Shown: in pieces, positions 18,447 through 26,700 of the stretch | Position numbering within the stretch: the first letter of the stretch is position 1 | How the letters are laid out: each line of letters begins with the position of its first letter | DNA from: Oscillospiraceae bacterium | Lineage (GTDB): Bacteria > Bacillota > Clostridia > Oscillospirales > Oscillospiraceae | Length of the DNA stretch: 64,000 nucleotides | Direction: 5' to 3' | Assembly: GCA_017538965.1 (NCBI GenBank) | Contig: JAFYHU010000053.1 | Location: forward strand, 4,210-68,209 | Notes under the pieces: model-generated | Seen by the model: the letters and a program-made list of their open reading frames with translations, nothing else | Databases searched by the model: none | What the model was told of the DNA's origin: nothing | Made by a program: the position numbers and the translations under genes

Positions 18447-20351
18447 ATGAAGATAAAAATATTTCTCGCATCATCCATAACGGAGTTTTCCAGGGAGAGA
18501 GAATCCCTGATGGCTTTTACGCAGGGATTGAACAACATCTTTCATGACAGAGACCTGTTTTTGGAGATGATAATCTGCGAAACCCTTTCTTCGCAGCTCC
18601 AGAACCGCAGAAGTCAGGAAGCATATAACGAGATTATCGAAGACAGTGAATACTTCTATGCCATTTTGGGAAATCGGGTCGGAGAATACACCGTTGAAGA
18701 ATTCGACACAGCTCTGGAATCCTATCGGGAAAAGGGAGCCCCGCGGATTTATGTGTATTTTCAGAAATCCGACGAACCGGAGAAACTTGATGACACGGTG
18801 CATCGGTTTGCAGAACGCCTGGAAAAGGATCTTCAGCACTATTATAATGTTTTTACCCATATCGATTCCGTCAAGCTGAATCTGCTGATCGAGCTGTGCA
18901 GGGATCCTCGGCTGGCAGCAAGTCTGGCGCTGGAAGATGGGGAAGCAAAGCTGAACGGAATTGCTTTGCTTTCGATGGCGAATATTCCTCTCTACGGCAA
19001 CAACGAGGTTATAAACAAACTGCGCAAAGAAAAAGAAGAACTGGAGATTGAGTTTTCCGATCTCATCGATCTGGGACAGAGTGAAAAGGTTCAGAGACTT
19101 ATCCGCAGCAATACGCTTCGACGGAACGAAATTGCCGATAAACTCCATGTTATAGAAAAAAGCATGCTTGATCTGTGTCAGGGGGTTGAAGAAAACAGGC
19201 GTCTCGGGAGACGACTGAATTGGCGCGAAAAGAAAGCAATGGAGTTTGTGGATGCCGGCGACTATGAGTCGGCAAAAGCGGTGTTGCGCGATGAACAATG
19301 GCATGATGAGGTTCTTCGGGCGGAAGACATCATAAAAAGCGCGAAAAATGTCATGGAGGAATATATCTGCGGAAAAAAGACCCTGATTCATACGATTATG
19401 GCTTCCGGACTGCGCTCAGAATCAGAGGAAGAGGTTATCGGTATTTACGAAGAAATCTGCCTGCTGGCGGCAGAAAACCAGATCTGTCTTGAGACGCTGT
19501 ATGAATACGCAGATTTTCTGCTTGAGCAAAACCGATTTTCGAGAGGAAGACAGATTGCGGAAAAATTGACTGCGCTTTATACCGCAGAAGACGCGGCGGC
19601 AGATAAGCTCGCGGATGCGTATTGGATGCTCGGAAGGCTTTATCACTGGGAAAACGATAGAAAGAAAGCAGAACATTCTTTCAGACAATCGCTGTCTTTG
19701 TATCGAGAGCTGGCGCAGCAGCATCCAAACACTTACGAAGACGGTCTTGCGAAAGCATGCAATAATCTGGCCAATCTGCTTGCAGATACAGAGCAGAAGG
19801 AAGAAGCGGAAACGCTATACAGAGAAGCTATGGACAACAGAAAAAATGCCGTTCAACACTACGGCGCTTCCCGCGAACCGGCTATGGCAAGAAGCTGCTA
19901 CAATTTGGCGGTCTATTTGGCGGAGCAAGGCGCGTATGAAGAATCGGAACAGCTGCATCTGGAGGCGATGAAGATACGCAGCAGAATTGCCGAAAGCGAC
20001 TCCATGACCGACAAAGCGGAACTGGCAAGGTCATACTACGGCCTGGGAGAATTATATATCAAAATGGAGAAGCTCGAAATCGCAGAAGAATACCATATGA
20101 AAGCCTATGAGATTCGCAGCCTGATTCTTGAAAGCAATCCTTCTGCCATAGAGCCTGATTTTGCGAGGTCCTGCTATTCTATCGGGAATATTTTCCTCCA
20201 GGAAGGAAGATATGATGCGGCAGAGCAATATTTGCAGAAGGCAGCGGACATCCGGAAGCAGCTGGCAGATGAGAATCCAAAAGCATTCAGCACAGAATTG
20301 GAGGCCTCTGTCCGTGCTTTAAAGAAGTGCGAGGAACAGAAACGAGCTTGA
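18447..20351 (+). CDS. DUF4062/TIR-like N-terminal domain - coiled coil - TPR (TPR_10/12-type) protein
   Basis: Start trimmed to ATG 18447 (aagagg RBS). The N-terminus KIFLASSITEFSRERESL...EDSEYFYAILGNRVGEYTVEEFDTALESYREKGAPRIYVYF fits my memory of the DUF4062 consensus (FISSTF.DL..ER......CD.fi.iiG.RYG..TE.Ey..A...gk..l.F). The C-terminal ~280 aa are KLC-like TPRs (LARSYYGLGELYIKMEKLEIAEEYHMKAYEIR). It starts 20 nt after the ATPase gene. Confidence 0.75.
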   Translation: MKIKIFLASSITEFSRERESLMAFTQGLNNIFHDRDLFLEMIICETLSSQLQNRRSQEAYNEIIEDSEYFYAILGNRVGEYTVEEFDTALESYREKGAPRIYVYFQKSDEPEKLDDTVHRFAERLEKDLQHYYNVFTHIDSVKLNLLIELCRDPRLAASLALEDGEAKLNGIALLSMANIPLYGNNEVINKLRKEKEELEIEFSDLIDLGQSEKVQRLIRSNTLRRNEIADKLHVIEKSMLDLCQGVEENRRLGRRLNWREKKAMEFVDAGDYESAKAVLRDEQWHDEVLRAEDIIKSAKNVMEEYICGKKTLIHTIMASGLRSESEEEVIGIYEEICLLAAENQICLETLYEYADFLLEQNRFSRGRQIAEKLTALYTAEDAAADKLADAYWMLGRLYHWENDRKKAEHSFRQSLSLYRELAQQHPNTYEDGLAKACNNLANLLADTEQKEEAETLYREAMDNRKNAVQHYGASREPAMARSCYNLAVYLAEQGAYEESEQLHLEAMKIRSRIAESDSMTDKAELARSYYGLGELYIKMEKLEIAEEYHMKAYEIRSLILESNPSAIEPDFARSCYSIGNIFLQEGRYDAAEQYLQKAADIRKQLADENPKAFSTELEASVRALKKCEEQKRA

Positions 20352-20434
20352 TATCTCCGGATATAAGTTCTTACGCTGGATGATCTGTTTGAAAACTAAT
20401 CTTCATAACAGCCTCTGAAAGGAGGAAAACGTCA

Positions 20435-21802
20435 ATGAATATCCTGATTCTGAACGGGTCCCCTGCCGGGGACAGCAGCATCACCCTGCAGACCATGCTT
20501 TATATCGAGAAGTTCTTCCCGGAGCACCGGTATGAGCTTCTGAACGTCGGGCAGAAGATCAAGGCCCTCGAGAAGGATTTTTCACCGGCAGGGAGGATGC
20601 TGGAAGAAGCGGAGCTGATCGTCTTCTGCTATCCGGTCTATACCTTTCTCGTCCCCTCCCAGCTTCACCGCTTTCTCGAGCTGATGAAGGAACGCGGGCC
20701 GGACCTGACGGGGAAATTCGCGACGCAGATTTCGACGTCCAAGCATTTTTACGACACCACGGCGCACGAGTTCATCCGTGAAAACTGCGCCGATCTGCAT
20801 CTGGCCTGCCTGAGAGGCCTCTCGGCGGATATGGAAGATCTGCTGAAGAAGAAGGGGCGGAAGGAAGCCCTCGATTTCTTCCGGCATGTGCTCTGGGCGG
20901 CGGAACACGGGCTCTCGGAGGACATCCCCGCCACGGCGCACAGGACCGGGCCGCTGTCGAAAGCGACGGTTCCGGAAAGCGGGCGGGAGCCTTCCCCGCA
21001 GGGGACGATCGCGCTCGTGGCGGATCTGGAAGAGGGAAATGAGGCCCTGGACGCCATGGTCCGGCGCTTTATGAAAGTGTCGCCCTATGCCGTCAGGCTC
21101 ATCAACCTCCGGGACTTTCCCTTTTCCGGGGGCTGTCTGGGCTGCTTCCACTGCGCCGCGGACGGAACCTGCATTTACAAAGACGGCTTCGACTGCTTCC
21201 TGCGCGAGAACATCCAGGAGACGAGCGCCACGGTCTATGCCTTCAGCATCCGGGACCATTCCATGGGATCGCGCTTCAAGATGTTTGACGACAGGCAGTT
21301 CTGCAACGGGCACAGGACGGTCACCATGGGCAAGCCTGTCGGGTATCTGATCGACGGAGATCTCAGCGCAGAGGCGAATCTGCGCCAGCTGATCGAGGCG
21401 AGAGCCCAGGTCGGCGGCAACTACCTGACCCGGATTGCCGGGAACGAAGCCGATGCCGACCGAGAAATCGACGCACTGGCCGCCGAACTGGAATATGCCG
21501 TTTCAAACGGCTATCAGCAGCCGGCCAACTTCTACGGCGTCGGCGGCATGAAGATCTTCCGGGATCTCATCTACACCATGCAGGGCATGATGAAGGAGGA
21601 TCACCGCTTTTACAAGGAGCACGGATTCTACGATTTCCCGCAGAAGCGGAAAGGCACGATCCTCGGCATGTATCTGGTCGGCGCCATGATGAACAGCGAA
21701 AAGCTCAGCAGAAAGCTCGGCGCCAACATGACAAAGGGCATGCTGATGCCCTACCGGAAGGTCATCGAAAAGGCAAAACCGGAAAAAATGAACGCATCAT
21801 AA
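20435..21802 (+). CDS. flavodoxin-like-fold NAD(P)H-dependent oxidoreductase, two-domain
   Basis: MNILILNGSPAGDSSITLQT is typical of the FMN-reductase/flavodoxin-like fold. A second half carries a CLGCFHCAADGTC motif. Confidence 0.6.
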   Translation: MNILILNGSPAGDSSITLQTMLYIEKFFPEHRYELLNVGQKIKALEKDFSPAGRMLEEAELIVFCYPVYTFLVPSQLHRFLELMKERGPDLTGKFATQISTSKHFYDTTAHEFIRENCADLHLACLRGLSADMEDLLKKKGRKEALDFFRHVLWAAEHGLSEDIPATAHRTGPLSKATVPESGREPSPQGTIALVADLEEGNEALDAMVRRFMKVSPYAVRLINLRDFPFSGGCLGCFHCAADGTCIYKDGFDCFLRENIQETSATVYAFSIRDHSMGSRFKMFDDRQFCNGHRTVTMGKPVGYLIDGDLSAEANLRQLIEARAQVGGNYLTRIAGNEADADREIDALAAELEYAVSNGYQQPANFYGVGGMKIFRDLIYTMQGMMKEDHRFYKEHGFYDFPQKRKGTILGMYLVGAMMNSEKLSRKLGANMTKGMLMPYRKVIEKAKPEKMNAS

Positions 21803-21822
21803 ATCAGGAGGCGGAGAACGCT

Positions 21823-22056
21823 GTGGAAAACTCAAAAATCAGCCGTATCAACGAACTGGCCAGACTCGCGAAGGAGCGGGAACTGACGGCCGAAGAACTG
21901 GCGGAGCGGGACGCGCTCCGGAAAGAATATATCGCCGAGTGGCGCCGCGGCGCCGAGCAGGTGCTGGATAACACCTATGTGATCGGGCCGGACGGCGTCA
22001 AGCGGAAACTGGAAAAGAAGAGAAAAGAAGAAGGAGCGGACGGCAAGGCGGAATGA
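21823..22056 (+). CDS. DUF896 (YnzC/UPF0291) family small protein
   Basis: ISRINELARLAKERELTAEELAERDALRKEYIAEWRRG is the characteristic DUF896 pattern. GTG start. Confidence 0.75.
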   Translation: MENSKISRINELARLAKERELTAEELAERDALRKEYIAEWRRGAEQVLDNTYVIGPDGVKRKLEKKRKEEGADGKAE

Positions 22057-23420
22057 AACCGCAAAACGGGGATAACACAAGCACGCGCGACATGACCCAA
22101 GGGCCGATCCTGCGGCAGCTGATTGCCTTTTCTCTGCCGCTGATGCTGGGGAATGTCTTTCAGCTGCTGTACAACACCGTGGACTCGATCATCGTCGGGA
22201 ACTTCGTCAGCAAGCAGGCGCTGGCAGCGATCGGCTCGACGACGGTGATTGTAAACATGCTGGTCTTTTTCTTTGCGGGATTTGCCATCGGCGCCGGGGT
22301 GGTCATCGGCAACAGCTTCGGAGCGAAAAACATGGAGCGCCTGCACGACGCCATCCACACGACCGTCGCCGCCACCTTTATCCTGAGCCTTCTGCTCACG
22401 GGGCTGGGCGTTGCGACGGTGAAGCCCATGCTGGTCCTCATGCATACGCCGGACGACGTCTTTCAGGATGCCGCGCTGTATCTGCGCATTTACATCGGCG
22501 GCATCTCCGGCCTGCTGATTTACAATATGGGCAGCGGCATCCTGCGCGCGGTGGGAGATTCGGTCCGCCCGCTGGGCTTTCTGATCCTGACCAGCATCCT
22601 GAACATCCTGCTGGACCTCTTTTTCGTGCTGGTGCTGAAGACGGGCATCGCCGGTGCCGCGATCGCGACGATCCTCTCGCAGTTTGTCTCCGCGACGCTG
22701 ACCCTGTTGCTCCTGACACGGACAAAGGACATCTATCGCCTGAACTGGAAAGAGCTGCGCATCGATTTTTCGATCCTGAAAAGGATCTTTGCCATCGGCA
22801 TGCCCGCGGCGCTGCAGACGGTGATCACGTCCTTTTCCAATATTTTTGTGCAGGGATACATCAACGTCTTCGGCTCTGACGTGATGGCGGGCTGGAGCAG
22901 CTATAACAAGCTGGATTACTTTATTTTTCTGCCGATGCAGAGCATGTCCATGGCCTCCACGACCTTTGTCAGCCAGAACACCGGCGCGGGCAACGAGCAG
23001 CGAAGCCGGCAGGGGACGGTGACTGCGATCGGGATGACCGCCGTGGTCACGGGCGCGGTCGCGGCGGTGCTGACAGCCTTTGCGCCCGAAGCGGTGCGCC
23101 TGTTTTCCCCGGATGAGGCGGTGATCCGCTACGGCGTTATGTTCATCCGCACCAACGCCTTCTTCCTGCTGTTCAACGGCGTCGCCCAGGTGCTGGCGGG
23201 GGCTCTGCGCGGTCGCGGCGATTCGCGCGGGCCGATGATCATCATGCTTCTGAACTTTGTGCTGCTTCGGCAGATCTACCTGTTCTGGGTGACGCACTGC
23301 GTGGCGAACACGCCGCAGCTCGTCGGTCTCGGCTATCCGGTGGGCTGGGTGTGCTGCTGTGTGACGGAAGTGATTTACGCCCTGGTCCGGCAGCGCCGGC
23401 GGACGGAACTCCGGCAATGA
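22053..23420 (+). CDS. MATE family efflux transporter
   Basis: ILRQLIAFSLPLMLGNVFQLLYNTVDSIIVGNFVSKQALAAIG is the canonical MATE N-terminus, and the protein has 12 TM helices. The start could instead be the internal Met at 22092. Confidence 0.85.
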   Translation: MKPQNGDNTSTRDMTQGPILRQLIAFSLPLMLGNVFQLLYNTVDSIIVGNFVSKQALAAIGSTTVIVNMLVFFFAGFAIGAGVVIGNSFGAKNMERLHDAIHTTVAATFILSLLLTGLGVATVKPMLVLMHTPDDVFQDAALYLRIYIGGISGLLIYNMGSGILRAVGDSVRPLGFLILTSILNILLDLFFVLVLKTGIAGAAIATILSQFVSATLTLLLLTRTKDIYRLNWKELRIDFSILKRIFAIGMPAALQTVITSFSNIFVQGYINVFGSDVMAGWSSYNKLDYFIFLPMQSMSMASTTFVSQNTGAGNEQRSRQGTVTAIGMTAVVTGAVAAVLTAFAPEAVRLFSPDEAVIRYGVMFIRTNAFFLLFNGVAQVLAGALRGRGDSRGPMIIMLLNFVLLRQIYLFWVTHCVANTPQLVGLGYPVGWVCCCVTEVIYALVRQRRRTELRQ

Positions 23421-23450
23421 AAAAGGGGCTGTATCACAATGTCGAATTTA

Positions 23451-23703
23451 GCTCCCAATCAGGTTGTACCGTTTCGCGGCCAGGGAAAATACAGCCCCTG
23501 ACTGACCAACTTCTGCCGCGAATAAAAAAACCGATGGAAAGCCCAACAAAGTGGGTTTCCATCGGCAGCGACGAGCAGCGAAATAAGCGAGCTTTCCCGA
23601 CACTTCGGGGAAGCGAGACGATATGTAGCTTGTGAGGAGCCAGCGCGGCGGAGAAACCTGAGTGCGAGATACCGGTTTCTCTTCCGCGCAATTGCAGAAA
23701 GCT
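23451..23703 (+). repeat. unclassified structured intergenic element, copy 1 (candidate ncRNA or MITE-like element)
   Basis: Aligns by hand along its whole length with the reverse complement of 44153-44424. Shared blocks are gctcccaatcagg, gcccctgac, ccgatggaaagccc, cgacgagcagcg, agcttg.gaggagccagcgcggcg and cgcgcaattgcag. Two hairpins are conserved through compensatory or wobble changes. Indels break every reading frame between the copies. Confidence 0.7.
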
Positions 23704-23758
23704 GTGAACGGGGTTGTCCAAAATATTGAGACAGCCCCTTTTTATTACAGGCAGGGGC

Positions 23759-26700
23759 TTATCTTCTGTATTCCGAATCGTAGCGGTTTCCGTAGGTGAT
23801 CCGGATGAGGTTCCAGACATAGTTGTATGAGGCCGTCCCGGGCTGGAAGGCATTGCGGTTCTGGTAAGCGACATAGCCAATGCTGCGCTGCACCGCGCCG
23901 CCGTAGATAATAATCTGATCTCCGCTGCCGCTGAGGATCATGTAGGAGCGCATGACCAGGTCGCGCGGCACCTGTTCGTCGGTGAAGCCGACCAGAACGT
24001 TGGTGTATTGGGACATGCCGTTTACCGTCTTGAACACGGGGTCGGCCGTATTCCGCTTGTAGGCGTAGTTCGAGAATCGCTTGTTCTCCCAGGTCAGATC
24101 GCGGCCGTTCAGTTCGTCGGCCCAGCCGACAATCGTGCCGTATTCCTCCAGCGTGTAGCCGGCAAGACCGCTTGAGGTCAGGGCGTTCTTCAGCTCGGTC
24201 GGCACCGAGGTGATCATGCGGATGCCTTTCTTGCCGGTGATGCGGATCGAGAAGCCGGAATAGCGCATGATGTTGTCCAGAGCCGGAATCCGCTCGGCGG
24301 TCTTCGTACCGCCGGATTCCCTGACGACCCAGACCTTCAGGTCGGTGGGATACTGCGTATGCACGTCGTCGCTGCTGCCGGTGTACTGAAACGATTCGAT
24401 CACCTTGACGGAGGTTCCGGCCGGGATAACGACGGTGCCGTCATCGTTCACCTCGCAGGTGACGCCGTCCGCGGAAACGGTGCGGGTCGGGACTTCGGAG
24501 GTCGCAATCGTGATCACGGGCTGCCAGACGGCATAGAGCGTGATTGTGCTGCCGTTGTTGCTTCCGTTCTCGTTGAATCTGCTGCCGGCGGGATAGATGG
24601 TTCCGGTCCCGTCGGCGTTGGTCGACCAACCCCGGAAGACATAAGCGTCCCGGACCGGTTCGACGGTGGAGAGCCAGATGGGAATATACCGAGTCTTGTT
24701 CTCCGTTCCCTGCGGCCCGCCGGTTCCGCCGTTGGCGTTATAGGAAACTGTATAGGTGCTGAAGCTGACGATAATATTCAGGGAATCGGATTTGCCTCCG
24801 TCCTGCGTCTTTACGGTGAGTATTGTCTCGCCGTTGCCTTGAATCCGCCCGAGGCCGCTGGCGCTGTTGACCGTCATCACGTCAGGCTTGCTGCTCTCCC
24901 AGAAGACGGTTTTGTTGGACGGTTTTTCCGGCAAAATCGTATAACTGAAGCTGATTTTCGTTTCCGAGGTCACGTCAAAGCCAGAGGAAGCGCCTTCGAA
25001 GGAAGCATCATCAAAGGTAAAGAAATCCGTGTTGTGCGTTGTTTTGTAGTTTATCCCGATGCTCTCCACCGAAGTGCCGCCGACCGTCACCGTACAGGTC
25101 ACGGATAGTTCTCCTGCCCTGGCGGTGATCGTCGCGGTACCCGGAGAGACGCCCGTGACCACGCCGTTCTCGACCGACGCGATATCCCTGTTGTCGCTGG
25201 TCCAGCTGACCATCCTGTTGCTTGCGTCAGCAGGCGTTACGGTCGCCGTCAGCTTTTCGGAGGCGCCGCATTCGACAGAAAGGGAATAGTCGGTTGCGCT
25301 GCCCGCTTCATTTTCCCTAAGCGCGCTGCTGCCGGACAGGGTCAAGCCGGAAACGGCAGTCGGGGTGCCGGCGGAGGAACCCTCGACTGTGTAGAGCTTG
25401 ATTCTGGCGTCGCGCTCGGTTCTTGTTTCTCCGATGGTATAACCGCCGCCGTCACAGCTTGCGGTATATTTGATTTTGTTGGCGAAGGTGGAATCGATAT
25501 TCGGTTTGCCTTCCACGGCAACCGTGGCCGGCGAACCGAACGAGAGCGTAACCGTGGCGGTATCGCCTTTTGCGGCGGCAAGCGGGCTGTTCAGAGGAAC
25601 ATAGTAGAAGCCGGCAAAGCTGGTATAACAGTTTCCGGAAGAACTCCTGTCCCCGACGGTCACGGTCACCGTTGCGGCGAGATCGGTGCTGTAGGTTTCA
25701 AAGCCGACGGCTTTGATGGTCTCGTGATCGACGATGGTAAAGCTCTGGCTGATGCCCTGATTGGCGTCCAGATCAACCCGCCCGGCGGGATAGGGGATGC
25801 TGTCGTGGGCATAGCAGTAATCAAAGTCTCTGGATTCCGCGTCATAAGCCGTAATCACATCGCTGAGAAGGCTTTCGTCATAGTATGAAATCCAGAAGTA
25901 GCCATTATAGCCGTAATTGTTCAGGCCCCAGCTGTTGCGTACCAGCCAGGCGCCGTCTCCCGGCGGAGTTCCCTCAGAGAAATGCTCCGCGGGGAAGTCG
26001 TCTTTCCAGCCTACCAGCATCACCTCGTGGTTGGTGCCGGCCACATCACAGTAATAAGAGTTATAGGTGGAGCTGTAGTAGTAGCCGGAGGCAAAGAAGG
26101 CGGCGTCTACACCGCCGTGATTCCGGATGGCGGATTTGATGGCGGCATTGTCGTTGGGGTTGATCAGATAAGCGCCGGTCACCTGATACTTCGGCGTGCC
26201 GCCGGGGCTGCCGTAGGGGTAAGGGGCGTCGCTCTCGTTCACGGGGCCGATGCCGTTTGCCAGCGTGCGGTAGGCGATCTCGTTGTTGCCGCCGTTGGAG
26301 AGATAGTTGTTTCCGGAATAAGTGATGTTATCTTCGGTCTGATTCCGCAGGCCGGTATATTTGTGCGCGGAGTAATAGGTCAGATACAGCTCGGACAGAT
26401 CGATGGAGGGGTTGCCGGTCTCCTTGATCAGATCCGCCTCGACCGAACCGATGTTGCCGAAGGCCCAGCAGGCGCCTTCGGCGCCTTGGTCGCGGACCGG
26501 CGGAAGCTGACTGTCCGTAATTTTGCCGCCCTCAAAGGTAAACGGAATGTATTCTCCGGAGCCGCGCATCTTCATGGCGCTGCCGACCAGGGGGACCTCG
26601 CCGATCTCGGAGGGAATATGGCCGCCGGTCTCGCCTTCGAGGAGTTCGCCGACCTGCACCTGCAGCGTCGGCAGAGTCAGACCGGGGGCCAGATTCCAAT

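Noticed and set aside
23351-23880. ORFs of 94 aa (+) and 148 aa (-) spanning the structured repeat element copy 1.
   Set aside because: The second copy of the element has multiple non-triplet indels relative to copy 1, so no reading frame is conserved. Conservation follows hairpin pairing instead.
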